DNA from: an uncultured Christensenellaceae bacterium | Lineage (GTDB): Bacteria > Bacillota > Clostridia > Christensenellales > MGBC116941 | Direction: 5' to 3' | Assembly (NCBI GenBank): GCA_910585035.1 | Contig: CAJUEF010000007.1 | Coordinates: 1,039-65,038 of the forward strand | Length of the DNA: 64,000 nucleotides | Shown: positions 26,286 through 35,490 of the stretch, one piece after another | Layout: every line of letters starts with the position of its first letter | How positions within the stretch are numbered: position 1 is the stretch's first letter | Program-made: the position numbers and the translations under genes | Notes under the pieces: model-generated | The model's input: the letters and a program-made list of their open reading frames with translations, nothing else | Told to the model about the DNA's origin: nothing | Database searches by the model: none

Positions 26286-26354
26286 AATTTGATTACCTCC
26301 TGTTTTTTATTCAAAATTAGTTTAACCAAATTACATATTTATAACCGCAAATTT

Positions 26355-29300
26355 TTAAAGCTCAATTTCTTTTCCTGTCTTTAAATGATAAATAATTTTT
26401 TCTTTAACTTGTTTGCCTGTAATCCTGTTTATGGCAAGAGCGTAAAGCTCTAACTGCTTTTGATATTTTTGCTTTAAAATTTCTTTTGCATTTTTAACAA
26501 TGTTATCCGTCTTATAATCCACCAGCACAAAAGATCCATCCTCTTCAAAAACGCAGTCAATAATTCCCTGCACCATAACAGGCTCGTCACAGTATCCGTT
26601 TTGTGGGCCCAGTTCGAGTATAAACGGCTTTTCCCTGTAAACCTTTTGTGATTTACATATACGCTTATAAAGCCCGCTTGATTTAAACTGCTCTATCATA
26701 TCCCTGTCAATTAAAGTAAGCTCTTTTTCACTGAAATATTCTCCCTGCTTCATTCTTTCAATGAGCATATCAAAGCTTTCACTTTGGCGCAGATGATATA
26801 AAAGAGCATGAGTGACAGTGCCTGCGAGTGCGCCGTCCTTGCTTTTTTTTCTCCCCATTGACTGATAAGGAACAAAAGCATTCTCATCCTTAGTAAGCCC
26901 GGTAACCGAAGCTTTTCTTGGCACAGTGACTGTGGAGGTATCCCATGCTTCATTTAGCAGGTCAGTAACTTTTTGACTGTGCTCAGGCACCACAACGGTT
27001 TTTTTTATTTCCTCGTCCTTATCCTCTATATGTACTCTGTTAATACTATATTTTCCTTTTCCTCCTGCCCTGCTTGCATACACCGCAGATAAAAGAGCCT
27101 TTAAAAAGGTTGTGTTTCCCGATGTCAAATCCTCCATATTAACGGTTTTGGTTTCACTTAGCTTGTCTATGTCATCATCGCTTATAACTCCGGTAATGTA
27201 CATACGCTCTTTTGCCCGCGTCATTGCAACATAAAGCATACGCATTTGCTCTTCTAAAGTATTTATGGTATTTTGCTCTTTAATAAGTGCCATCATAGGC
27301 GTTTGAATTTTAGCCCGTCTTTGTGTATCAATATGGCTTAAACCTATTCCCAGCCTGTTGTTAAAAACATAATAGCCCGTCTGGGTATTGTGATAAAGCC
27401 TTTTATTAGTATCTCCAATAATAACAACAGGAAACTCCAGCCCCTTGCTCTTATGCATGGTCATAATACTCACTGCATTGCTTCCCTGCACAAAGCCTTC
27501 CATATCCGGCGCCTTTTTAAGCTCCTTTAAAGCTTCAAAATATTCCAGAAAACCTGATATGCCATAGTAACCCATGTCTTCAAATTCTTTTGCACTTTTC
27601 ATTAAGTGATAAATCTGGCTTATTTTCGCTTTGCTGTCCTTATGCTTTTCCACATGCTTTAAATATCCTGTGTGCATAAGAACAGCCGCCATCAGCTCGT
27701 CAACGGACATATCCCGTCCCCTTATGGCAAAATCATCCAACATGCTCAGGAACTCATTTATTCTGGTTTTAAGGTCCTCATTACCGTTATAGCTTTTGAG
27801 ACATGAATAAAAACTATCCCTTTTGCCTTTTTTTATTTCAATTAAATCGTCAACTGTAAAGCCGCCTATATCCGAAAACATAACGCTAATTAACGGTATA
27901 TCATTGTCCGTATTATCTATTATGCTGATTAAATCTATAAATACCCGCGTTTCCATATAAAGGTTGTCCTCACTTTTGGACATATCAGCAGGAATGCCCT
28001 CCTGCTTTAAAAGACTGTGAAGTTCGCCGGCTACAGACCCTTTAACTGAACGAAACAGCACTGCAATATCCCTATATTCATATCCCTTTGCCACACATTC
28101 CTTAATGCGCTGTGCAATATGTTTTGCTTCTGCGCCCTCGCTGCTTTCCTTATCTATTAAATCTATTTCCACAGGGGTATCGTCACAGTTCACGTCAGTT
28201 ACAAGAAAAGCCCCTTTAGGGTAATAATTTTCGTTTAAATTCAGCAAAAGGGAGAACACGTCGTTTACGCAATTAAGAATATTTTTCGAGCTGCGGTAAT
28301 TGCGGAACAAATCAATTTTCAAGTTTTCACCCTCAATCCCATATTCCTGATAAACCTTGTGGAACATGGAAGGGTCCGCATTCCTAAAGCCGTAAATACT
28401 CTGCTTTATATCCCCGACCATAAACATATTCCTTTCGCCTTTTAGACTGTCTAAAATGGCTTGCTGAAGCCTGCTGGTATCCTGATATTCATCTACAAAG
28501 ATATATTTATACCGCTTTTTATATTCAAGTGCCGCTTTACTGTTTTGCAGTATTTCATAAGCATAGCGTTCCAAATCATTAAAGGTTAAATATCCTTTTT
28601 CCTTTTTAATTGCGCTGTATTCATCTTCAAGAGTGGCTATTCCCTTTAACAGCATTTGCAAATCCTCGCCTGCGTCCTCCATAATTTCATCACAGTTAAG
28701 AATGGCTCTGTAGCCTAGTATATCCTTTACAAGCGCCTTTGCTTCCTTTCGCACCTGATTTATTTCCTCTTTATGGGCAGCTCCCCTTGGCATGGTGGCA
28801 AACTTTATTTCGCCTAAATCAAGACTGCCTTTTTGCATATTTTCCATAATCCCATTTAACAAAGCCCTGTCTCCAAGAACGAGATTGAGCTCTTTTTCTT
28901 CGAGCAGTGTTTCCTCCATCAGCCGGTCATAAGCTGTCAGGACGTTTTTTAAAGCATAGCTTTTAATACGGCAGTATTCCCTTTCTATGACAGAGTAATC
29001 CTTACTTTTATACATATCCGCCTGATGTTGAAGAAAGCCTTTGTAATTTGGAATGTCTCTGCAAAATTTATATGCAAATAGCAGCAGCTCTTTTATGCGC
29101 ACATCGTCAGCAGGAGCAAACTTCATTGCAAAAGCGGTAAACATTTCGTCCTCAAAAAGACTGTTCAGCGCCCTTACCATTGCCTGCTCAATCATAACGG
29201 CTTCGTTGCTTAAAACCGTAAACTTTGGAGGCAAACCGATTACGTCAAAGTTATCCATAATTATCTTTTTACAAAGGGAGTGTATCGTAGAAATGTCAGA

Positions 29301-29561
29301 CATGTACACAAGGTCCGCCTGCTCTTGCATTCCCTTTTCCAGCAGCTTTTCACGAATGCGGTTTTTCATCTCCAAAGTGGCGTCCTCAGTGAAGGTGCAG
29401 ATGGCGAAATCTAAAATACTGTTTCCCTCCTCAATAAGGCTCACTATACGCTCGGTTAAAACCGCCGTCTTTCCGCTGCCTGCGCCGGCGCTGACAAGTA
29501 TATTGCAGTTTCTCTCTTCAATGGCGCGAAGCTGCTCCTTATTCCACTTTACCGTTTTCAC
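26355..29561 (-). CDS. addA: ATP-dependent helicase/nuclease subunit A
   Basis: UvrD-type Walker A GAGSGKT, DEYQDTS, and C-terminal RecB-nuclease motif GIIDCVFEEDGSFVLVDYKTD. Confidence 0.9.
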   Translation of the reverse strand: MKTVKWNKEQLRAIEERNCNILVSAGAGSGKTAVLTERIVSLIEEGNSILDFAICTFTEDATLEMKNRIREKLLEKGMQEQADLVYMSDISTIHSLCKKIIMDNFDVIGLPPKFTVLSNEAVMIEQAMVRALNSLFEDEMFTAFAMKFAPADDVRIKELLLFAYKFCRDIPNYKGFLQHQADMYKSKDYSVIEREYCRIKSYALKNVLTAYDRLMEETLLEEKELNLVLGDRALLNGIMENMQKGSLDLGEIKFATMPRGAAHKEEINQVRKEAKALVKDILGYRAILNCDEIMEDAGEDLQMLLKGIATLEDEYSAIKKEKGYLTFNDLERYAYEILQNSKAALEYKKRYKYIFVDEYQDTSRLQQAILDSLKGERNMFMVGDIKQSIYGFRNADPSMFHKVYQEYGIEGENLKIDLFRNYRSSKNILNCVNDVFSLLLNLNENYYPKGAFLVTDVNCDDTPVEIDLIDKESSEGAEAKHIAQRIKECVAKGYEYRDIAVLFRSVKGSVAGELHSLLKQEGIPADMSKSEDNLYMETRVFIDLISIIDNTDNDIPLISVMFSDIGGFTVDDLIEIKKGKRDSFYSCLKSYNGNEDLKTRINEFLSMLDDFAIRGRDMSVDELMAAVLMHTGYLKHVEKHKDSKAKISQIYHLMKSAKEFEDMGYYGISGFLEYFEALKELKKAPDMEGFVQGSNAVSIMTMHKSKGLEFPVVIIGDTNKRLYHNTQTGYYVFNNRLGIGLSHIDTQRRAKIQTPMMALIKEQNTINTLEEQMRMLYVAMTRAKERMYITGVISDDDIDKLSETKTVNMEDLTSGNTTFLKALLSAVYASRAGGKGKYSINRVHIEDKDEEIKKTVVVPEHSQKVTDLLNEAWDTSTVTVPRKASVTGLTKDENAFVPYQSMGRKKSKDGALAGTVTHALLYHLRQSESFDMLIERMKQGEYFSEKELTLIDRDMIEQFKSSGLYKRICKSQKVYREKPFILELGPQNGYCDEPVMVQGIIDCVFEEDGSFVLVDYKTDNIVKNAKEILKQKYQKQLELYALAINRITGKQVKEKIIYHLKTGKEIEL

Positions 29562-32500
29562 CGATTATATCCTCCAGCTCTGCTTTTTTAAAAACCCGCT
29601 TGTTTGACATATCCCCGTTTTTACAGATATCCTTAAAATCACAATAGGCGCATCCATTTTCATTTTCGCTTCCTGCAATTGCGTATGGACTTATGGCAAT
29701 GTCTCCTTCATATATCCGCCTTGCTGCCCTTTTTGCCATAGCCATGCCAAACCCCATAAGACGGGACATATCCTCTCTTGCCACAGTACCCCTTTTTTCT
29801 TCTCCCGCTTTTAAGGACGATGCCCCTGTCCCCGGCTGAGCCTTTAAAAACTTATCCACTTCATTTATGTTTTTGTATTCGGGAGTGATTTTATAATATT
29901 CCAGCTCTAATGGCAGCAGCTCTTTATTCTCCTTAGCTTTGTAATGCTCAATAACCGCTTCCATATATAAGAACAGCTGTAATTTCACCCCTGCATAAAC
30001 GCTGGTAAAATCAAGGGATTTGCCACCTTGCTTATAGTCCACAATGCGGATACCGTCTCCGCTCACGTCTACTCTGTCTATGCGTCCGTCCAGCTCCATG
30101 TTTTCCAGCTTATATGAGCCCAGTCTGCGCAAATCCTGCTCGCTGCACACCATAACAAAATCGCTGTTTCTAAGCTCGTCTATAACCCCCATAAGAGCGC
30201 TCTTTCCCATAGACGTTATACGCTTTGCCATAACCTTGCCAATGTTGTCTCCCGAATAAACGGAAAGCTCGTCCTCCTCCAGACGCTTTTTAACTATCTC
30301 CTCAATCATGCCCCCACTTGCTACCTTGTTTTTCAGTTCTGCATAAAGGCTTTCCATACTGTCTCCCCTTTTCTGACACCGCCTTGTTTCCTCAATTATA
30401 TATCTTGAAAACTCGTCAATAATGCTGTGAAGCAGCTTGCCTGTATCCAGTCTGTTTATTTTATAAAGCTCCCGCTTTTTAGGGTGCAGACCGTATTTCA
30501 CAAACTGCATAAATGCGCACTTATAGTAGCTTTCAATTCTGGTGGCGCTGATTGCCGTCTTTCCGTATATATCCCTAGCCTGATTTTCCGTTATGGAAAG
30601 GTCGTAGGTTTTTGGTTTAAAAAGATCTTTACCCTTTCCCTGCTCTTTAAAATAGTAATAAACGCCTTTGGTAATGTAATTGTCATTTCCTGCATAAACG
30701 TCCGCAATTAGATTTTTAAAAGCAATGCTCTTGCTCCTAAGCAGCCTTAAGCTCATTTCCTCGTTAAAAGGCACGTCCATATTTACGACAAGGCCGCCAA
30801 GCAGCCGCTGCACCTTTGGAAACAGCATTTTATTTTCCCGCTCATTGCCGTAAACACCCCTGTCACTATGGCTTAAATAGAGATAGTCCGTTGGCTTGCT
30901 AAACATCTTATAGGTTAAAAGCTGCTCTAAGTTATTTAAGTCAAAGGAATCCCTGCCTATTTTAATTTCTATCGCCGCTGAATCGTAATCGGAAAGCAGC
31001 CCTGTTTTCTGAGTTATCTTTGGCACTGTTCCATCGCTGATGCCCAGCACCAAAAGGCATTTTGCCTTTTGTATTTTCGTGCGTGAAATATCCCCTATAA
31101 CAACGCAGTCCCGCTTATCGGGGATAACGCCCAAGGTAACGGATAACAGCCCCGTTTCCAAAACAGACGTAAAAAGCCCTGCTTCCATCTCGGTATCTTC
31201 AAAGATGTGCTCCATGCGCTCCAGTATTTCTATTACCTTTTTAAAGCTGCGCTCGTCCACCTCGCTTTCAAAAGTAATTTCAAAGGAATAAAGATAGTTT
31301 GCAGCCGCCCTTGCCATTTCCCGTGCGGTCTTCGCCTTTTGCATTTCTTTTTTAAAGCCGGCGGCAGTAACCCTTTTTCGCAGCTCCTCCATATGCTCGT
31401 TATCTTTAATAGGGACCATCATACGGCGCATTCTGTGCTTTAGCACAAAATTTTCAATCTCCTGAATGTCCTCTTTGTTTTCCAGCATAATTCCCTGCTT
31501 TATCATGCCAATAAAACATCCCTGCTCAAAGGTCAGACAGTTTTTTAAGCTGTAAATAAGAAACTTGGCTATACGTCTTGACATTAAAGGGATTTTTCGG
31601 TCAAGAAAATAAGGTATGCCGCAATCAAGCATACACTGTTCTATAAGCCTGCCGTATTCTTCAATATCACCGACCATAAGGCTTATATCCTTATAAAGGT
31701 AACCGCTGTTTTTCAGCTCTATAATTTTGGCAATGGCATGGTCAACTTCAGATAAGGCTGTGGCAAAGGAAAAAAGCTCCACGCTGCTGTCGCTTACGTC
31801 TTTTATTTCTTCTTTGCCGTCAAAGAGGTTTTTTTCAAGATGAGTGATAGAGTTAATGTTCTCCCGCTCCTTTAAGCTGATAACCTCCACATCAGGTACT
31901 TTTTCCCTAAGCTTTTCCACTGTCTGCGTGGTAAGAGAAAAAAGCCCCTTTTTGCTGCCGTCAGTACAAAGACAAACGCATAATAAACTGCACACCTTCG
32001 CCATCTCTTCAATGGTGTTAAAGCCCTGAAAGGTAAACACGTCAAAGTGGTCTATATATATTCTCGCTCCTTTAAGCAGACGGGAATTTTTAATGCGTCC
32101 GTTTATTATATTTATAATGTCCTCGTTATCTTTAAACTTGTCTTTAAACTCGCTGTAAGCCCTGTATATCTCTGTAATGTCCTTTAGCTTTTCCTTAGTC
32201 TTGCCCCTTGTTTCCAGCCTTTGCAAATCCTGTGCGGAGGCGCCGAACTGCTTACACTCGGTAATGGTTTTCGCCATGTCAAAGCTAAACCCCGGAACCT
32301 TATAAGCTCCTTTATAAACCTTTAGCTCGTTATCGTAATCATAAAGCAGCTTATTCACAAACATAGCTTTGTTGACTTCGTCCAGCAGATAGCAGCCGTT
32401 TGTACCCAGCTCGTCTCTAAGAACGCTGATAAGACGGCGAAAGCTCAAAACCCGTATTTCAAAAAGACCTGCCCCCGTTTCCCTTATAAGCTCCCGCTCT

Positions 32501-32643
32501 GTTTCAAAGGTAAACTGGTCAGGCACTATGACAATAATGTTGTCATACCCCGCCTTTAAATCCTCTTTTATTCTTTCCGTAATATAAGCGGTTTTGCCGT
32601 ATCCGCTTCTTCCTATAACGATTTGCTTCAAAGCTTCCTCCAT
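29539..32643 (-). CDS. addB: ATP-dependent helicase/nuclease subunit B
   Basis: N-terminal GRSGYGKT. C-terminal nuclease plus Fe-S cysteines (..YYKCAFMQF.. / CAYCDFKDIC). Overlaps the addA start by 23 nt. Confidence 0.9.
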   Translation of the reverse strand: MEEALKQIVIGRSGYGKTAYITERIKEDLKAGYDNIIVIVPDQFTFETERELIRETGAGLFEIRVLSFRRLISVLRDELGTNGCYLLDEVNKAMFVNKLLYDYDNELKVYKGAYKVPGFSFDMAKTITECKQFGASAQDLQRLETRGKTKEKLKDITEIYRAYSEFKDKFKDNEDIINIINGRIKNSRLLKGARIYIDHFDVFTFQGFNTIEEMAKVCSLLCVCLCTDGSKKGLFSLTTQTVEKLREKVPDVEVISLKERENINSITHLEKNLFDGKEEIKDVSDSSVELFSFATALSEVDHAIAKIIELKNSGYLYKDISLMVGDIEEYGRLIEQCMLDCGIPYFLDRKIPLMSRRIAKFLIYSLKNCLTFEQGCFIGMIKQGIMLENKEDIQEIENFVLKHRMRRMMVPIKDNEHMEELRKRVTAAGFKKEMQKAKTAREMARAAANYLYSFEITFESEVDERSFKKVIEILERMEHIFEDTEMEAGLFTSVLETGLLSVTLGVIPDKRDCVVIGDISRTKIQKAKCLLVLGISDGTVPKITQKTGLLSDYDSAAIEIKIGRDSFDLNNLEQLLTYKMFSKPTDYLYLSHSDRGVYGNERENKMLFPKVQRLLGGLVVNMDVPFNEEMSLRLLRSKSIAFKNLIADVYAGNDNYITKGVYYYFKEQGKGKDLFKPKTYDLSITENQARDIYGKTAISATRIESYYKCAFMQFVKYGLHPKKRELYKINRLDTGKLLHSIIDEFSRYIIEETRRCQKRGDSMESLYAELKNKVASGGMIEEIVKKRLEEDELSVYSGDNIGKVMAKRITSMGKSALMGVIDELRNSDFVMVCSEQDLRRLGSYKLENMELDGRIDRVDVSGDGIRIVDYKQGGKSLDFTSVYAGVKLQLFLYMEAVIEHYKAKENKELLPLELEYYKITPEYKNINEVDKFLKAQPGTGASSLKAGEEKRGTVAREDMSRLMGFGMAMAKRAARRIYEGDIAISPYAIAGSENENGCAYCDFKDICKNGDMSNKRVFKKAELEDIIGENGKVE

Positions 32644-32728
32644 GGTAAAATTGATATATACAGTATAGCATGTATACTTTTTTTCGTAAAATATCGGCGT
32701 ATAAATAAATATACTCTGCGGTTTTTCA

Positions 32729-32757
32729 TTGACAAAGTTATAAGCCTATATTATAAT
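32729..32757 (+). promoter_or_regulatory. Sigma-A promoter of tRNA-Thr, TTGACA-17 nt-TATAAT
   Basis: TTGACA at 32729-32734 and TATAAT at 32752-32757. Confidence 0.65.
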
Positions 32758-32775
32758 GAATAATGCTTTACGAAT

Positions 32776-32851
32776 GCTGATGTAACTCAGGCGGTAGAGT
32801 ACCACCTTGGTAAGGTGGAAGTCACGAGTTCGAGTCTCGTCATCAGCTCCA
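32776..32851 (+). tRNA. tRNA-Thr (anticodon GGU)
   Basis: GCTGATGTAACTCAGGCGGTAGAGT-ACCACC-TTGGTAA-GGTGG..GTTCGAGTC..CATCAGCTCCA. 76 nt with an encoded CCA. Confidence 0.92.
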
Positions 32852-32853
32852 GC

Positions 32854-32892
32854 GTCGTCGCAAACTACGCTTAGTTTGCGACGACTTTTTTT
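32854..32892 (+). terminator. Strong intrinsic terminator after tRNA-Thr
   Basis: 14-bp perfect stem GTCGTCGCAAACTA-cgct-TAGTTTGCGACGAC followed by T7. Confidence 0.85.
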
Positions 32893-32963
32893 ATAAAAAA
32901 GTCATCTCTCACCCGCTTCGTTGCTCCTCCTTATTCGAGAAAAACCAATCGGTTTTTCTCGAG
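32893..32963 (+). repeat. tRNA-3'-flank module T1: AT hairpin, then TTGCTCCTCCTT, then hairpin
   Basis: GACTTTTTT-tat-AAAAAAGTC, then ATCTCTCAC..TTGCTCCTCCTT, then CTCGAGAAAAACC-aatc-GGTTTTTCTCGAG. Paralogous to 47200-47305 on the minus strand. Confidence 0.55.
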
Positions 32964-33022
32964 ATGTTTGGGTATTCCTTTTTGGTATTTACGTATCAAC
33001 AAATTTTTAAAGCCTACAATAA

Positions 33023-33295
33023 TTAATCATGTAAATAGCTTGCTTCCGCCATCATCTTCACTCCCACGGAAAAGCCCTTTGCAAAGGCCTCCGCCATTCC
33101 TGCCGACGTTAAATCGTAATATTCCGACAAAAAATCATTAAAATCTCCTATTAATTCCTTATCAAGCTTTCTGACAAACCTTGACTCGTACATATTTGCT
33201 TCCTTCAGCTTTTTCCTGTATTCCTTTAAAATCGGCTCGGTTTCTTCCCTCGGGCATATCTCACCATCATATAACTTCATTAATAAGCTTTTCAT
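33023..33295 (-). CDS. Hypothetical small protein (90 aa)
   Basis: ORF with an AAGGAG RBS. No motif recognised. Confidence 0.5.
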   Translation of the reverse strand: MKSLLMKLYDGEICPREETEPILKEYRKKLKEANMYESRFVRKLDKELIGDFNDFLSEYYDLTSAGMAEAFAKGFSVGVKMMAEASYLHD

Positions 33296-33425
33296 ATTAT
33301 CTGTACTCCTTATTATAGTATGAAAATATTATAATAAGATAATCTTATAATGTCAATATTATGATTTATCTTTGTGTTGACTAGGTGATGAACATATGAT
33401 AGTATGAACCTAGGAGATGAAAACA

Positions 33426-33602
33426 ATGAAAACTGAAAAGCAAAAATTTACAATTACATGTGATGAAGAGCTTTTAAATAAAATAGATGATTTTTGGTTT
33501 GAAAACAGGTTTCGCAACAGAACCCAGGCAACCTTGGAATTAATTCGCCTTGGTCTTAATGCCGCAGAGAAAGAAAAAGAAAACGCAAAAAAACCCCGTT
33601 AG
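33426..33602 (+). CDS. Ribbon-helix-helix (CopG/Arc-like) small DNA-binding protein
   Basis: ..KFTITCDEELLNKIDDFWFENRFRNRTQATLELIRLGL.. reads as a beta-strand then two helices, the RHH pattern. Start moved to the ATG 9 nt after GGAG. Confidence 0.55.
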   Translation: MKTEKQKFTITCDEELLNKIDDFWFENRFRNRTQATLELIRLGLNAAEKEKENAKKPR

Positions 33603-33620
33603 CAAGCGGGGTCTTTCTTT
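33591..33620 (+). terminator. Intrinsic terminator overlapping the stop of the RHH gene
   Basis: CCCCG-ttagcaag-CGGGG followed by TCTTTCTTT. Confidence 0.55.
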
Positions 33621-33640
33621 ACCTTTTGTTACCTTTTTTC

Positions 33641-34040
33641 TTTACCTTTCTTTTAGAAAAAAGAAAGGTAAAACCAAAGAAAACCTAATTACCGATAAAC
33701 ATATCTTTTGGTAAAAAGCCGTTTTTAACTTCAAAATGGGTATATAGGTTTTTCTTTTTAGCTCTTTTTCTTTCTTTTAGAAAAAAGAAGGGTAAAACCA
33801 AAGAAAACATGATTACCGATAAATATATTTTTTTGTATAAATCCGTCTTTAAATCTAAAACAAATATATAAGTTTTCTTTTTCAAAAAAGAAAAAGTAGA
33901 TAAATTATGATATAATAGCTTTATCCACATTTATTTTTTACCGATAAATATATTTTTTAAGGCTAAAACAAATGCAGGGTTTTCTTTTTGTTACTTTTTC
34001 TTTTTTCTAAAAGAAAAAGTAAAAGAAAAACTAAAAAAAC
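33641..34040. repeat. Tandem array of about three ~124-bp units of the hairpin element (hairpins at 33641-33672, ~33771-33789, ~33873-33894 and 33991-34022)
   Basis: TTACCGATAAA recurs at 33689, 33813 and 33938 (period 124-125 bp). ACCAAAGAAAAC..ATTACCGATAAA is shared by units 1 and 2. Each unit ends in a CTTTT/AAAAG hairpin. Confidence 0.8.
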
Positions 34041-34053
34041 AAAGGAAAAAATT

Positions 34054-35481
34054 GTGACTGATTGTAAGCTGTCTCAGGAGATGAGAATAAACGGGGCTAC
34101 CCCTGTAGAAAATTTATTTATATCAGAGTTTATGTTAAGCGCACCGGGCGACTTTGTAAAGGTCTATATTTACGCTCTTATGCAGTGCTATATGGGCATG
34201 GAATGTAACCTTGGCTCCATTGCTCACGACCTTAGCATGGATGACGAAAAGGTGGAAAGCGCATTTATGTACTGGACGAGAAAAGGGCTTTTAAAAAAGG
34301 CGGGCGGCCGTTATTCCTTTGAATCACCCAAGTCCGTGGTATATTGCGGCGCAGTATCAAAGGGAGACGCCCTTTCAGCTTACAAGGATTTTAACGCAGC
34401 CCTCTATGAAATAATGGCGGGAAGAACCTTAACCCCGGCAGACTTTGAAATGTCGTACGACTGGATTGAAATATACGGCATGAGCCGCGAATGCGTTCTG
34501 GAAATGGTGAATTATGCCGTTACGCAAAAATATAAAGCAGGAACTCGGGTCAGCTTTAACACCCTTAATAAAATGGCTATATCCTGGGTAGATATGGGAA
34601 TTACCACAGCGGATGCGGCGAGAAGCTATATAGACAGCCAGACAATCATTACCTCAGACGCAAAAGTAATTTTAAATCACTTAGGGCAGTTCCGCAATCC
34701 AACTGTGGATGAATACAAGCTGCTGGAAAAATGGGAAAAGGAATACGGCTTTAATGCCGATGCGCTTATTGCCTGCTGTTCACAAATGGTATACAGTAAA
34801 AGCCCAAGCTTTGCCCTCCTTGATAACATTGTGGAAAAATACCACGCCATAGGCGTAAACACTGCTGAGGCAATAAAGCAGGAGCGGATGCGCGGCGATG
34901 AAATGTTTAACGTCTATAAAGAGATAATCAAGAGGTGCGGCGGCTACGGCAGCGCAACAAAAGCCCAAAGAGAGCTGATAGACGGGCTTATTAAAGACGG
35001 CTTTAATAAACAGGCTTTGCTCTATGTGTGCGACCATCTTGTATCAATGGATAAAAAAGGTCTCTCCCACACAATACAGCTTGCGAAAGAGCTTAAAAGC
35101 ATGGGAATAACCGAGGAAAACGCCGTTTGTGAAGAGCTGGAAAGGCGCTCCGCTCTTAGGGAGCAGGTTAAGGAATTCCTTGAAACAGCGGGCTTTTCCC
35201 GTATTCCGAGCAAAAAGGATATGGATATGTACAGCGGCTATTTTGCTGTGTTTAACAGCCATGAAATAATGCTGAGAGCGGCGCAGCTTGCAGCACAGGC
35301 AAAGAACAAAACCCAGCATTTAAACCGTCTTTTGGAGGAATGGAAAGCAAAGGGCGTTACAGATGTGAGCCAGGCGCAGGACATTGCGCCGGAGGTTCAA
35401 AAGAAAGATGCAGAGAAAAAGGAATATATAAAGGGCGATAGAACCTATACAGACGAAGATCTTTTTGATATATTTGAATAG
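34054..35481 (+). CDS. dnaB: Replication initiation and membrane attachment protein (Bacillus-type DnaB, DnaD-like domains)
   Basis: About 475 aa, followed 9 nt later by dnaI, as in Firmicute dnaB-dnaI operons. Start uncertain: GTG at 34054 or ATG at 34081. The track start at 33988 translates the repeat element. Confidence 0.7.
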   Translation: MTDCKLSQEMRINGATPVENLFISEFMLSAPGDFVKVYIYALMQCYMGMECNLGSIAHDLSMDDEKVESAFMYWTRKGLLKKAGGRYSFESPKSVVYCGAVSKGDALSAYKDFNAALYEIMAGRTLTPADFEMSYDWIEIYGMSRECVLEMVNYAVTQKYKAGTRVSFNTLNKMAISWVDMGITTADAARSYIDSQTIITSDAKVILNHLGQFRNPTVDEYKLLEKWEKEYGFNADALIACCSQMVYSKSPSFALLDNIVEKYHAIGVNTAEAIKQERMRGDEMFNVYKEIIKRCGGYGSATKAQRELIDGLIKDGFNKQALLYVCDHLVSMDKKGLSHTIQLAKELKSMGITEENAVCEELERRSALREQVKEFLETAGFSRIPSKKDMDMYSGYFAVFNSHEIMLRAAQLAAQAKNKTQHLNRLLEEWKAKGVTDVSQAQDIAPEVQKKDAEKKEYIKGDRTYTDEDLFDIFE

Positions 35482-35490
35482 GGGTAATTT

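Noticed and set aside
26075-26329. 84-aa ORF on the minus strand
   Set aside because: A different frame in the same region encodes a 54-aa DUF1540 protein with a strong RBS at proper spacing. The 84-aa frame has no recognisable motif or RBS.
33921-33929. Perfect DnaA box TTATCCACA (a second, inverted copy lies at 8102-8110) as evidence of an origin
   Set aside because: One or two perfect 9-mers in 64 kb on both strands is about the chance expectation. There is no cluster of boxes, no AT-rich unwinding element context and no dnaA/dnaN nearby.
33685-33930. 81-aa ORF on the minus strand
   Set aside because: It lies entirely inside the tandem repeat array. It is low-complexity and Lys/Phe-rich from translating CTTTT/AAAAG arms, and it has no RBS. 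Judged spurious.
33641-34040. Possible CRISPR array, because of regularly spaced palindromic repeats
   Set aside because: The period is ~124 bp and the sequence between hairpins is itself repeated, so there are no unique spacers. The hairpins differ in sequence, and there is no leader or cas genes. It is a tandem duplication of the dispersed element, not a CRISPR.
33988-34053. Extended N-terminus (MLLFLFSKRKSKRKTKKTKEK) of the dnaB-like ORF
   Set aside because: This is a translation of hairpin copy D4. A GTG at 34054 with an AAAGGA RBS, or the ATG at 34081, is more plausible.
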